Source: Dicyema japonicum (Eukaryota; Animalia; Dicyemida). From it: a DNA stretch of 64,000 bases. The notes beneath the pieces were generated by a model. It was not told the DNA's origin. It saw only the letters and a list, made by a program, of their open reading frames with translations, and made no database searches. Position numbers and translations under genes: made by a program. Of this stretch, positions 1-12,109 are shown one piece after another; positions within the stretch are counted from its first letter, which is position 1; each line of letters starts with the position of its first letter. The stretch lies in contig RDEW01000077.1 in the NCBI GenBank assembly GCA_011109175.1, positions 51,125 to 115,124 on the forward strand. Reading direction: 5' to 3'.

Positions 1-159
1 AAATAAACTGAGAATTATTGAAAACATTAAAAATGATTGTGCTATCGATAATTCTGTCATTATTTTTTTCATTTGGAGTTTGATTTAATTTTAAATTTTT
101 TTTTAACAAGGATTTTATGGTTTTATCATCAAATGAATAAAAATTAAATTAAGGCATCT

Positions 160-716
160 GAATGGCCATGCTATTTCCCCTAACAATAGCTAACGAGATA
201 CGTTCTCGGAACCAACCAGTCTCTCGCGGATCCTTGGTCACAGCTTGAATCATGGAGCCGATCTTACGAACCAACTCATCTGCTTGGGGGCCAAGGATTC
301 CTGAAGTTTTACCGCAAATGGAAGAAAAAGATACTCCTCCGAAATTCTCTGGTACTTCCTCCTCTTTCGTTCCTCAGCCTGCTTTGAAGCATGTCCTGGG
401 TCTGAAGCAGAAGCAACAAATTAGACGGGGAATAAGTATCAACACACGTCGTCCCAGATAGGTTTCGTCCGTTGGCGAATGGAAAAGTCGTCATCTCATC
501 AGGGTGTTTTCATCGTTTCGGGAAAGACCAGCAGGTTCTAACAGGCAATGGTGTCCAGCAGAGGTAAGGGAATTCTTTAATGTCATGTCAAGACAGGAGT
601 GCCTGGGGAAACGACCCGCACTCATCTTGCATGACAAGGGATGATTACCAAAAGGATCGATCCAACGTCCACAATTGGTAGCATGAATAAATTCATTGGA
701 ATCCAAAGGTACACTT
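160..716 (-). mobile_element. CRE-clade non-LTR retrotransposon, 3' fragment (zinc knuckle plus restriction-like endonuclease)
   Basis: CGRWIDPFGNHPLSCKMSAGRFPRH...LEPAGLSR...DGMTTFPFANGRNLIWD.TCVDT...RERISLAIV.GN resembles the CCHC + PD-(D/E)xK C-terminus of CRE-type elements; frameshifted. Confidence 0.8.
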
Positions 717-1219
717 TAATCTAATTTTGTTGAACGATGGATTAATTTTAAATAAGGCAGAATTTCTCGCAAAAGAACTTTTAAGGCAGTTACCTAATTC
801 AAAAAAATCTTATGTATTTTTGGATAAATTTAACAAAAGACGTAAATGAATCATCGCAAACAATTGCCAACTGTCTAAAACGTCTAAAATAACAGAAAGT
901 AATCACAGCTTAATAATTTAAACATAGCAGATGAAATCGTATTCAAAACGGATATTAATGAACCTATTGAGATATAAAAAATTTATTAAAATTGATTATT
1001 CTAAAAAAGAGGCAATAGACCAAGAAGAAAATACCATTCTCATTGAAGAACAAGAATAGTGTTTCGAATTACTTACTTGACTAAGAACGCTGAGATAGTT
1101 TTAAAATTAAGAGATATCGAAAAATATCCCCTAGAAAATATTGAAAATGACATGCTCATTACCTCAATAAGAAGATTTATGGAAAAAATTAAAAATGATA
1201 AAAAGAGGGAACTGTGAAT

Positions 1220-2800
1220 TATTACTATTATTGAACCAGAAAACCACGTGATCCTGGCTTCCCTCAACAGTCTTCGCATCTTTTCTCGGTGTTCCGACAG
1301 CGTTCCTGCGCATTTCCGATATGGACGGGGTCGCATACTTGAGTCCTTAACAGAGACACTGTTCAGTCGCCTCTATCATATTTTCTAGGTTTCTAGACAG
1401 GATTTCCACTCGGGAAAATTTCCTTAGTAGGTTTGCTGCCTTCTCTTGAATGTTGCATATCTTGTCCAAATTCGTTGCAGAAAGGTTAGATCCCCAGATA
1501 TTACATGCGTATCCTATTGCAGCCTCGATGAAATGTTTGTATATGACATCCAGTCCACTCAGATCTTTTATGTCTCTTAGGTTTCCCAAGAACGCCTTCA
1601 GGAAGTTGATTTTCCTCGTACAAGTCAATAACATATTTTCGACATGTTTTGTAAAGGATAAAGTGTAAGATAACTCCCAGGATTTTCTGGTATTTGTTTT
1701 GCGGGATAATCTTCCCATCCAGTGTAACGTCAATTGATACTTTCCCTACTTTTCTGTTTGTCGTGAATAGGGTCAACACCGACTTCTCCGAGCTAGCAGT
1801 CAATTGATTTTCCCAAAGCCATAAACTTAATTTATTCATATTGTCCTGTATTCTTCTCGTTGCTTCCACAATATCACATCCCTCGAGGCAATGACTATAT
1901 CATCAGCATACGTTAATAATCGTAATCGTCCCCTGAGGAGTGGCAAGTCATCACCCTAACGTTGAACAATAGGGGAGATAATGGGGAGCCCTGGGGAACG
2001 CCATTTGCTAATAGTCTCGATACGGAACATCGATTGCCATAGTGTACTCGTCCTCGTCGACCACTCAAGAAATTTCCCAACCATAATTTCAGGTTTCCGT
2101 CAATGTTCGACGAATATATTTTGTGCGTGATAGTCTTCCACGAAAGCAAGTCAAAAGCCTTCTGGAAATCAATTGAGCATACAATCGTCTTTTTCTGTCC
2201 TGGTCTGTTGTTAAGGCCATGTGTTATGAACTTCTTTAAAGTATTTAGGTATGTGATAGTTGATCGTACCTCTTTAAAACCATGCTGAAAACTGGCATCC
2301 GGGAGGAAATCTCGTGTGAGTGTCATAATCATCCTTTCTAGGATTCTTGTCTGGACGCACAAGAGCGACAAGGGCCTGTAAGAAGCAGGGTCCTCCCTTG
2401 GTTTCCCAGGCTTAAGTATTGGATGAATATTTGAAAGTTTCCATATAGCGGGAATCCAGTTGAAGTTGATTGAGTAGTTGAAGATGCATGTTAGTGTTGA
2501 TACTCCCACTGTGCCCATCTTTTTCAACAGAATAACCGGAATCCCGTCCGGTCAACAGGAATGTGTGTTCTTTGTTCGATGATCTCCAAAGCGACATCTC
2601 CCGTTAGAACATACATTGTTGGTGCCTCATTTTCGGTTTCAGGTTTTTTATGTAGGGAATGTCCATCCTTTGGAATAGTTTGTTGCTTATTTTCACACAA
2701 TGTTTGATAAATTTATTCAGATCCACCTCCTGTTCATGATCTCCCTCGATGTTTTCAGCATTTTTGACATTTCGCAGCATCCTCCACATCTTGGTAAGCG
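1220..2800 (-). mobile_element. Non-LTR retrotransposon RT region and 3' end (I/Jockey-like superfamily), 5'-truncated
   Basis: WKLSNIHPILKPGK...SYRPLSLL...QHGFK...IDFQKAFD...GVPQGSPLSPLLFN...YADD; 3' end near 1,225 with a TAA-rich tail. Confidence 0.92.
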
Positions 2801-2999
2801 AACTATTTTTTTCATAGCTCTAGAAACCAACTAGCCACATAGCACGACATGGGAGCACGGGTCAAATATTAAACAAATTTTTTATTAAAGAAACTTTTAA
2901 AAAGTTTGTAATTTTTAAAAATTAACTTTCTATTAATAAATTATTAATAAAACTTTTAGTTAAGAGATGTACTATTAATACTCTTCCGTATTTTCTCAA

Positions 3000-4330
3000 A
3001 CTTTTCATCTTCTCCCAATTCCTCGTCACTACAATTAAAATTAAAAACACGTGTTCTGTCTGGAGACGTTATCGTCAGGTCGTTTTTCCGTGAGTGTCCT
3101 CAAGTTGAAGAGACTGAGTGGCATCCCAAGAATTCCACTCTTTAGATTAGGACAATTAATTACTGAAGGGCCTGGAGGTCAACACCATAACGACTTTTTA
3201 TCATATCGTAGATCTCCTCTTTATTCTCGAATTCCTGATGTCCTCAATTTCTAAGAATGTCTATAAAGAGATTTCAACCATTCAATTCACAAGGCAGGAG
3301 AATTCATTCTGTCATAAATTACCATGTGTTACCTGATGACATTCAATCGATGAGAAGATTTCGTATAAATCAGCCTCTCAACTACGGGATATGACTGGTC
3401 GCCACCTTTGATGACTTGGCAGCATCTGTCCGACTTCTTTGCTTAGTCTTTCTCCCTCATCTTGGTAAATCAACCGCCAAACTTTTGCTTTTTTTTCAAT
3501 CGTGTGGGGGTTGAAGATATCTGTCTTCAGAAGTCTTTGGTAAGCATGCTCAAAACCTCCCAATCTCGCTTTGGATCTATCAAAGCCCACACGTTTGTTC
3601 GTGACACAAATGGCGTAGCAGACGTAGCTATGGAGGTCTGAAGGTGAAAACCTCATTTACCTCAAATAAATGTTGATCACGACCAATTGATGAATATTAA
3701 GTCTTATATATAGATTATATAATCAAAGACCAGCCGGACTGCATGTGGTGGAGTGATTCGTATCCTCGTCTCAAAAGTAGAAGAAAATAACTATGTCCGA
3801 GGATCTTTTCAGACTTTTTCAATTTCTGGGTAAGATCTGCCATCTTTTTCTTTTCTTTGGAGCTAATCTCGCTGGTTAGGGTAAGTAACTTAATTTTACA
3901 TAAAGGACTGATCCAGACTGGTTTCCTTCTGTATCTTGAGGAAGAAGCAGTCAAAATAGTGGAGACAAGCTCTGTGAAATACGTAGAAATACTTGGACCT
4001 AAAAAATTATTTTGATCTCCAACTCAGCTAGAGTCACAAAGTCGTTTATGATTGTAATAACGATCGCAAGAAGTCGCATTGCCACATCTAAGTAGTAAAA
4101 CAACTGACCTTCTATCATTTGAAGAGTCACAAAAGATTCTGGAGACTTCTTGTTAACGTCACTGTTTTGGAGGTTGACTTGTTCTCGCTGCATGATCAAT
4201 CTATCTTTGTTATTATTTAAAATGAAACCTGCGGAAAGCACGTTTTTTTTGAATTTAACCAACGCTCAATTTTCTCCGTCGAATTGTTTTCTCCCTAACT
4301 TGAATTATATTCCAAAACTGGTGAAATTCG
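3000..4330 (-). pseudogene. Fragmented host protein-coding sequence, unidentified
   Basis: Consecutive minus-strand ORFs (3999..4262, 3715..3954, 3378..3656) join into protein-like sequence across single-base shifts and show no TE motif. Copy at ~20,030-21,330 and a partial copy at 34,841-35,218. Confidence 0.5.
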
Positions 4331-4574
4331 ATGGTTTCAGTTTCTTCATTCCAATACCACTTTGTAGATATTTTTGGGTACAATATATTTTTGAATTTTA
4401 TTGGTTACAATTTATTTTTAAATAAATATTTATTTTTTTAAATTAAAAATCTAAATTATTTTATTGATTTAGAATATTTTTGGTTTAGTTCGTCAAAATA
4501 TTAGATGCCGCGTGGTGCCAAATGGTGTTTCGTGGATAATTGGCTGAAGTTTCTGTTTTGCCCGTCTGTTCCTC

Positions 4575-4797
4575 TATTCTCTTCCAACTAGAATTGCGTC
4601 ATGTGATCCACCTGTCTAGGTGGTGACCAAAAGGATCATTTGCTCTCCCCACTCCACTGGAGGGTTTCCACAACAATGGACGTCTTTTACTATTTATGTT
4701 GATTCCGGATGGACTCTGTTCTATAGAAGTGGAAACTGGATACACTTAATTAGTTGTTTACTTTAACTTCTTTCTCGGTGTATCCGGGCTTAATAAA
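4575..4797 (+). mobile_element. ~230-bp SINE-like repeat ending in a GGATACAC/GTGTATCC stem-loop
   Basis: Dispersed copies at 21,505-21,740 (+), ~46,550-46,795 (-, most complete), 55,485-55,620 (-) and 32,835-33,015 (-, partial). Perfect 8-bp inverted repeat at 4,738-4,745 / 4,778-4,785, followed by TTAATAAA. Confidence 0.65.
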
Positions 4798-5600
4798 TTA
4801 AGTTCGTGAACAGTACGAAAATAAATTACTTGTAGATTATATAATGAACACCAAACTTTGATTATAGGGTATTTATGATCCCCTTTAACACTTGGAATTT
4901 ATGGGAGGGGTAAAAAACAATTTCATAGAAATAATTGCCGTCAAGTAATACAAATCACACAAACATTGTATATGAATAAATTGACTTAAAATTTAAAACG
5001 CATCCTTGAGGACAAACACTAATTTTGATCAGGTTAAGCCCAAAAAATTACTATTCTTCAAAGAAAGAAAATAGTCATGAATGAACATTTTGTCGCAATA
5101 CTTAAAAAGGACTGCTAGATTTAAATTAACCTTAACAAAAATCTGTTATCAAAGGTATTCTGTTGGACTAAAAAAATCCGATAACAGTGGATGAAACTTC
5201 ATTTTTAATGGCTAACTCGACACAAGAAAGTCACTATCAGACTCCGACAAAATATTATACGAAATTATTAAAATGTAGACCAACTGAGCCAGTTATATTC
5301 ACCACAAAATTATCCAATAAAATCTCGTTTTAACACTATTTAAAGAAATTAATTTTTTACCTCTTTGACTTGGAGACCAGTCTCTCGTAGTATTTAACCT
5401 TCTTCAATATTGCAAATACCATGTTTACCTCACATTGGGCTCACATATAAAAATTGTCTTATACCCAAAAAGTCGATAATGCAGATAGATTTTTTTACCC
5501 CCTATCTCGTCAAGCGAAAAAAACCGTTGGCTAACAAGGAAGTGAAGGAGAAAAATAATGCGGGCTATGATACGATATGCGGGTTATAATGTAGGTCACC

Positions 5601-6110
5601 CAGGGGCGTGCCTAGAGCGGGCCATAGGGGAAGCCGCACAGCACGATGTAGAGGGCTGCAGATCCAAGCTATAGAGTTCACGTTATTAAGCTATATTCAT
5701 ATGGAAACGATTAATCGGATGCTGACAATCTTGAAGCCGTAGTTGTCATTTAAAAGAGCATCAGAAATCCAATGAACACAGAACTTTACACTGATGGTGA
5801 TGATAATCAGAATGCAAATTTGTTAAAAAAGTGGATTCCAGGAGACGCTGATCATTTTATGTTTTTCTAACTTTGTGCTTTGCATATCTTTATTACTCAC
5901 AGTTTGCAACTCAATTGCTTGTTGTGAACATACTTTTTCAAAGTTAAAAAAATTCAAACATATTTAAGGTCTTCGATGTCAAATCAACTCTTGTCAAGTT
6001 TATCTTTAATATTGAAAAGAAATTCCTGACAAGCGAGGTGAAAGAAGCTGTGATACAGACTTTTGTTACCAGCAAAGTAGCTATTGGACATCGAAGTGAC
6101 TTTTAATAAC
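5601..6110 (+). mobile_element. Internally deleted hAT (ZMYM1/Tip100-like) DNA transposon remnant
   Basis: Starts CAGGGGCGTG. Encodes a KEHQKSNEH (TTF-zinc-finger-like) piece and a C-terminal dimerisation motif (FP)NFVHCISLLLTV..SIA.CEHTFSKLK.IQTYLRSSMS. Copies at 22,540-23,045 and 35,213-35,385. Confidence 0.7.
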
Positions 6111-6158
6111 TGCCGTGCCTCTCTAACTATTTTTGGTTGAGGTGGTGACGTGACTCCC

Positions 6159-6237
6159 TAGCTATGTCTCAAACATGTTTTATTCGATTGCCTTTTACTG
6201 TCGCTTCATTTAATGTTAGAGAACTGTCAACGAGCTC
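6159..6237 (+). ncRNA. Possible U5 snRNA-like sequence or pseudogene
   Basis: The invariant U5 loop-I nonamer GCCTTTTAC (6,190-6,198) sits in an 11-nt loop closed by CGAT/GTCG, with outer stems TCTC-AACAT/ATGTT-GAGA. No downstream Sm site is seen. Present in B (23,121) and C (35,467). Confidence 0.3.
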
Positions 6238-6399
6238 GAAACGGAACACCTGTGCGAGACCTGATGTATGCTGTCTTCAAGAGAAAAAGTGCATGAAGAC
6301 ACGATGAAGTTTATGGAAAATACTAGCTAATGTTACTGCCATCTGAATGCCGACACTGTAATTTGCCGTCCGAGTTTCGTTGAGAAAACGAGAGTTCTA

Positions 6400-7000
6400 A
6401 ATGTGGAGTGTTCATGATCGTATTGCGATTCTTCAAATCAAACTAAAACCGACACGGAATAAACTGGTAAGTATTATCAACGTATATGCACCCACACGGG
6501 AGAGTATTGGTTACCTCTGATGAGTTGGACGAATTTTATAAAAGCCTTTATAAAGTATGCACCGAACTGGACAAAACAACAATCGTGTTCCTGGGGAGAC
6601 TGGATGCCAAAGCAGCATTAAGAAAACCACGAAATATGTATTGGAAGGCACAGAAGAGGGTATCGAAACTCTTCCGGAAAGTCCCTAATTGGGTTCTGCT
6701 GGAATTTGGTCTTTATTTATGCAATACGACATTTCAACATCCAACAAAGCATAAGACGACATGGACTGGCCACAGAAAAGACCGAGACGGCCGAGAGATT
6801 ACAATATACAATCAAAAAGATTATATATTACGTGAGAATGCACATAAAAACTTGTTCGTAGACTCACGGTCATATGGAGAAGCTGCAACAAATAGTGATA
6901 AAAGGATAACGGTGGCTCGGATGTGCATATGGAAACTATTTGGTAACATTGCCCAGAACAATCGAGTTGAAGGTAGCATTATTAATCAACTATTAACAAT
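6400..7000 (+). mobile_element. RTE-like LINE, apurinic endonuclease (APE) fragment
   Basis: DRIAIL...SIINVYAP...YLCNTTFQHP..HKTTWTG...IYNQ.DYIL...SRSYG.A.TNSD(H)K. Copies at 23,335-23,925 and 35,695-36,300. Confidence 0.85.
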
Positions 7001-7029
7001 TCAACCTTCTCTCTCATCTACATGAAAAG

Positions 7030-7345
7030 TAGATTTATTGGATCAATGGTTCACGACTGTAATTTTAAGTGGAGGCTAATCAAATTCTGATTGGATTTAA
7101 GTGTAAAAGATCCATAAATTTAGTCCCCAAAAGAATCCTCCACTTAATATAGAATTGTTGGACCAATCTATCAAGAATTTTTCAATAATACAAAAAAATA
7201 AATATATTTGTTAACATTTAAAAACCACCTGTTCATTAAGACAAATTAAAGCCAAGCTCATGTATCTACTAGAAGAGTGGATGACGAAGGCACAAGAATT
7301 GGACTTTGCGTCTGCCTCAGAATGGATTTTTGCGCAATCCATTTA
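7030..7345 (+). pseudogene. Possible VHS/CID-superfamily domain fragment of a host gene
   Basis: Frameshifted peptides KNPPLNIELLDQSIKNF and QIKAKLMYLLEEW resemble the VHS-domain helices (NP..AL.ALE..ES..KNC; VK.KIL.LI..W). Recognised from memory only. Confidence 0.3.
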
Positions 7346-7429
7346 GATGTGGAGAAATGGTAGACGTGAAAGGTATTCTGTTGTGAATATTAATAAATTG
7401 AATTATTCCGCAAAAAATGAAATTCAAAG

Positions 7430-7478
7430 AAAAAGTGGAACGCTTCACGATTATGCGTGTCATCCTTGCGCAGGGGCC

Positions 7479-7510
<32 letters not shown>

Positions 7511-7528
7511 TTATATGTCCCGTAGGAC
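7430..7528 (-). ncRNA. RNU6: U6 spliceosomal snRNA (copy A, canonical)
   Basis: Reverse complement reads GTCC-TACG-GGAC (5' UNCG hairpin) ATATAATAAAATTGGAACGAT ACAGAGA AGATT AGC ATGGCCCCTGCGCAAGGATGACACGCATAATCGTGAAGCGTTCCAC TTTTT, with the ACAGAGA box, AGC triad, ISL and a T5 Pol III terminator. Confidence 0.98.
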
Positions 7529-7546
7529 ATTCAAATACTTCCATAC

Positions 7547-7556
7547 TTTATATATA
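7547..7556 (-). promoter_or_regulatory. TATA box of the U6 gene (external Pol III promoter)
   Basis: TATATATAAA at about -28 to -19 from the U6 start; conserved in B (24,477-24,486) and C (36,841-36,850). Confidence 0.75.
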
Positions 7557-7727
7557 GAGTGAAATCTATTTTTATTTATAATTAATGTATTTTTAATGTT
7601 AGCTTTAAAATATAATATTCTTAAATAAAAATTAAATTAATTAATTGTATCCTAGATAATTATAAATGAATTTTTTATAAAGTAAAAATATAAATATTTC
7701 AAATAAAACAACAGTTTATTGGAGTAA

Positions 7728-8343
7728 ATATATCCAACAATAGATCTCTCCATAGCTTTCGACTCAATAAACAGACAGAAACTGATGAATGTGTTTGAGC
7801 AAATATTGGATGAATCGTCGGTTAGAATAATCAGACTACTACTTGCAAACACAAGACTATCTGTGAGGACAGAAGGAGCAACTTCCCGCAGTTTTAAAAC
7901 AACGATTGGGACACCACAGGGTGATTCCTCTCTTCCCTTTACTATTCACCATATATTTTGAATCTGCACTCCGCGACCTCCGTAAATGCTATATAGGAGA
8001 CATCGAAATGACATCTTATGCGGATGGTGTGGATTTTGTATCACGGGACGTGACCGCACTCCAACACCTGCTAGAAAATGCACCTGCGGAGCTTGAGAAA
8101 TGGTTTCTCAGCGTAAATGTTAACAAAGCTGAAATTACGGAAATCAAAAGAAAAGACGATATTACTCATGAAAGATGGAGACGTACTAATAAGCTCGGCT
8201 CTCTACTAGGAAACGGTGAAAATGTACTAAGGAGGAAAACAGTGGCAAATGCGTCAATGGCTAAACTGAAGAAAGGATGGCTAAGGGCCAAAGGACTTGG
8301 AATTGACATCAGATGCAGGCTTTACAACGCGTTTGTGAAAAAT
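7728..8343 (+). mobile_element. RTE-like LINE, reverse-transcriptase fragment
   Basis: DLSIAFDSINRQKL...TTIGTPQGDS(L)SPLLFTIY...SYADDVDF...LGSLLG...RCRLYNAFVK. Copies at 24,655-25,275 and 37,187-37,803. Confidence 0.9.
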
Positions 8344-9645
8344 AAAGTATTAAGGAGAAAATTAGCGTTTATATATTTCAATTAATAATTAAATTGGATT
8401 TTTTTATTTTTAGTATGCTACTTAATTTTAAAAAATTAAAAAATAGTATTGAAAAAAGGATAAATTATTTTTATCTGTATGTGGGGCATTTTTTATTGGG
8501 GCAGGGGTTAAACTGTATTTAAAACAGAAAATTTATATTTTTAGTGACGAAACAAGTTAAATATGTGATAATAAATTAAAAGATATATACACAAATTAGA
8601 TTTGTTTAAATATTATACTGTTTCATTTTTAAATAATGTATAAAGTTAAAAAAAATAATAATAAGTTACCCTTACTTTTTGGGGCACCCCCACTTTTTGA
8701 AGCACATAAATCTCCCACCCGGTGTCCGACTGTTTAAGTAAAAAGTATAAGTAAAAACAATTTTTTATTCCCACATACTAAATCATAGATAGCTACTATG
8801 GGAGGCTACTTCGCGACGATAAGTCGGTGGAGTGAAAAATTAGGCCTAAATACATTTTTTTTTAATTTTAAGTAATTTTTTAATTTTTCCATGAATGTCT
8901 TATTAAACAGCCAATATATATATTTCTAGATAACTCACTAACTTCCTAAGTGGACTTACGTGTATGCCTCAGAGGTCTGTAATATATCTCACGTCTTTTC
9001 TCCAACGGAGTCCCTTGAGGATCTTCGTTATCCCCTGCTCTGTTTAACCGTTTTTCTAGCCGTTCTTGGCCTCTTCAGTCTCAGACCCAGGTCATGTGTC
9101 TTGCAAACCGAGTACCAGAAGAGCGTAAATACTGAGGTCCACTCGCTATGAATAGAATTTTAAATAGCAGTTAGTAATTTTTCGAAAAGTTGAGATAATG
9201 ACGTACCTCTATCGCGGGATATATTAAGGATAAAAGCCCTTGTCAGTGGGGATGATCGACCTTACTGGGTCGGAGACATTGGAAAATTAAAATTCTTAAC
9301 AAAGATAGATGCGTTTAGGATCCAAATTCGAGTTTCGTTCTGACTAGAATTGACAGAACTCAAAGAATCATCTGTTGAAGCTGCACATATTGTATGATAG
9401 TTAATATGATTTTGTTTGATACTAGTATAAACCCTACTAAATATAATAATAACACCAGAGACATCGAATACACAAACTAACTAATCATGTGATCACAGCA
9501 TGCTTAAATAGGGACCTCATTATGGCCCGATGCTCTTCGCTCGACACCACACATGCACGTATCGGGTGAGTGACTGAATCATCGCAGTCATGACGGCGCG
9601 TTCCATGATTCATTCATATCATGGCTTCTAGAGGCATTGGAGAAA

Positions 9646-9793
9646 GGACAATCACACAAGAAAAAAAAGTGAAGATCATTCCTTGGTTCTACGATTAGTT
9701 AAAATTAATTGTTTTTTACTTAAATAAAGTGTGTGTCCTGCCTATGCGGAGCTATAAATACTATGGCTCTCGTGAAAAAGCTTTATTATTATT
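9646..9793 (+). mobile_element. ~150-bp SINE-like retroposon with a (TTA)n tail
   Basis: Copies at 26,560-26,708, 37,035-37,186 (with TSD) and 39,731-39,878; diverged variants at ~15,740-15,900 and ~34,215-34,380. Confidence 0.75.
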
Positions 9794-9799
9794 AACAAT

Positions 9800-11260
9800 T
9801 CAGAATATCTCATATTTTATAGGAATTATTAGTCAACAAGCATGTTTTTTACTGAAATTCGGAACTCATTGGAAGCTCTTTGAACATGTATTGAGAATGT
9901 ACCTGAAAGTCCCAGCTAACATGGACATAAAAGATTTTTCTCCTACAACTCTCCTATTATCTCGGAAGTTCATGAATCGCCCGAACAACCTTCAATAGAT
10001 TAGAGTGTCAATCATTCAACAATTCGAGTGTTTCTAATTGACTGTGCTTACTGATTAGAAATAAATATCTCGATGCATCAACATCAACCATTTAAGTTTA
10101 ATGGTCTATTTCACATGTGTTTGGTTGCCATGGTGGATTATTGGCTTCAATGAGAATAACCATTTTTGAGAATATAAAATTCTCAGTTTAAGACTAGCTG
10201 CGAGATATCGGGACAGTTAAAGAACTTTATTGTTGAAGATCCTAATTAGAATTCTTACTTATCCTCAGGATTTAAAACTAACAAAGAATCTATGTGTTTG
10301 TAATGTAAAGGTTGGGGAATTTTGATGGGACATAGTCTATACAACAATGGAGTTCTCTCTTGAAGTTTTAGATTTTGATTAAATTTAGTATTTTAGAAAG
10401 TTGTTGTATTTTAAAATTTCAGAAAAATTATGTCAAAGACATTATCCAGTAGAATATTTGTGTCAATTTCAAAGACTTTACAAAGAAGGAGAGTCCAATA
10501 GAAAAGTCCTTTGATATAGGAATTCTACATGTAACTCGCTATTTTGAATGGAATTGTATTTTCTTGTCTAAAACAAGGATTGTAAAATTACAACAAATTA
10601 AGAAAAAATAAAAAATCAGAAAAACCGAAAAAATACAATTAAGAATTCTTCGCTTTAGATTTCTAAGAATAGACTTCGCTTTGTCTTTAATTTTTTGGCT
10701 GTGGTTTTCCAGAATATCCTTCTTATGGGCAGTTTCCTTTTCCATAAGCTCAATGAATTTGGAAGTGTCATCAAATATCATATTAGCATTTCTTGGACAG
10801 GTCTGAGTTGAATTCCATCTGGCACACATTGGGAAACTTAGTAATGTCTTCCTTACGAAGAACTAGCATTCTATGATCTCAAAATTTTTTAAATTTTGGG
10901 CCAACTGGATCGAACGTGGATCCTACGTATTTCATATTTTATTTTGTTCGGAACTTCATTAGAATATCTGGTGAGTTTTCGGCAAACCACGTGAAAATTA
11001 TTTGCTAAAAATCTGAATCAAACGTCTTTGAAATCTCCGCTAATTTTTTAGAATATATGCTGAGAAGGGAGCTGAATTAACTTTCCAGATTTTATCTCAA
11101 TCGATGTGGAATTGATTCATGCACGTGGAGTTAACTTAATCCACTAGGATGAACCCAAATGTAAAAAAATCTCTTAGAAAAATGTCGCTATGAGCTCTGC
11201 TAGTATTTTAGTAAAGTGTATTATCCTGATGTCGTAGTTATGTAGGCTTAAAAATTTATT
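9800..11260 (-). pseudogene. Fragmented host gene, possibly POP1-like (RNase P/MRP subunit)
   Basis: Protein-like minus-strand ORFs (10539..10829; 27846..28049; 27577..27783). YIWVHPS resembles the POP1 W.HPS motif, but I could not confirm any other POP1 motif. Confidence 0.25.
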
Positions 11261-11329
11261 AAAAAAATCTCAAGTATTTTGGTAGTTGAAGAGGCAAGAG
11301 AGTGATACAAAGTTTTCAACGAAATCGAA

Positions 11330-11700
11330 AGTGCGATTGATTCACAACTCAGATGGATTTTTACAGCGCCCGAGAATGGCCATCATCTGCCACAATCCTC
11401 ATTAAGCAATGTCATAGGACGTGACAAAGCACATGCAATAAGGAAAACCAAATTTTTGCCATGTCCCGTAGCCAGTCAAAGTCTTCCCCGTCCATGGTGC
11501 GTCTCTCTATTTCTTTAAGTTCTTCGTAAAAGACGGTCGGTAGGTTTCTTCGTTCGACCACAGAAACTAAAACAAAGTAATCCTTCTTGGCTACGTTTGT
11601 GGATGTCCCCAGGTCCTTCCAAACTATATGTCCAAATAACCTCCATCTTGTCTCATATATGTTTTTGTTTCCAAATAAAGCAAATTCAAGTTCATTAATA
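11330..11700 (-). mobile_element. RTE-like LINE 3' end
   Basis: TRWRLFGHI...YF...RRNLPT...ELKE...DFDWLRDMAK.W resembles the RTE ORF C-terminus; copy at 28,255-28,620. Confidence 0.65.
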
Positions 11701-11711
11701 ATGTACCCTGG

Positions 11712-11790
11712 CTAATCATAATAACACCAGAGACCACGGTTACACAAACTAACTAATCACGTGATCCCACCACGTTCTAGCAGGGACCTC
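11712..11790 (-). mobile_element. Short retroposon 3' end (GGGATCAC...GTGGTCTC stem-loop plus TTA tail)
   Basis: Same family as ~9,445-9,600, 26,350-26,500, 28,630-28,710, 39,525-39,680 and 57,025-57,113. Confidence 0.65.
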
Positions 11791-12109
11791 AGATTTTTTA
11801 AAAAGACAATTTAAAATACTTTTCTAATTAAATCATTAAAAACGGGTTTTAATTTACGGAAAACACAATTAAATCAAATTTACTAACTGCTTCTAAACCT
11901 TTTTCCTCTTGGAAGTGGAGTCTTTGACTTGAAACCCATTCGTTTTCAACTCACTCAGGTTACCTTGAACGTCATTGAACTAATCTGCTAATTCCACCAG
12001 GTGATTGTTTGTAGTGACAGAATCTTCCTCGATAGTGTGCACCCCATATTTATACTCCACTAAAATGGTCTCCAACGTCTATTTGAGAAAAGCCGATTTA
12101 ATGTATGTT

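Noticed and set aside
252-461. Many short ORFs in the supplied track (for example 252..461, 1450..1668, 16357..16704, 48697..48945)
   Set aside because: They are antisense or off-frame shadows of TE coding strands.
6222-6245. Hammerhead ribozyme (…ACGAGCTCGAAAC…)
   Set aside because: GAAAC is present but there is no CTGAnGA core at the right spacing.
7321-7343. U4-like sequence (TTTGCGCA in an 8-bp hairpin downstream of U6)
   Set aside because: Only a 7-8-nt match to the U6-pairing segment, with no other U4 features.
9700-9760. Spliced-leader RNA gene or Penelope-type LTR (…TTAAATAAAGTGTG…)
   Set aside because: No AG|GT donor or Sm site and no intact hammerhead; the TSD and TTA tail fit a SINE-like retroposon better.
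10895-10930. tRNA (GTTCGATCC on the minus strand)
   Set aside because: No acceptor, D or anticodon stems; it lies within a protein-like stretch.
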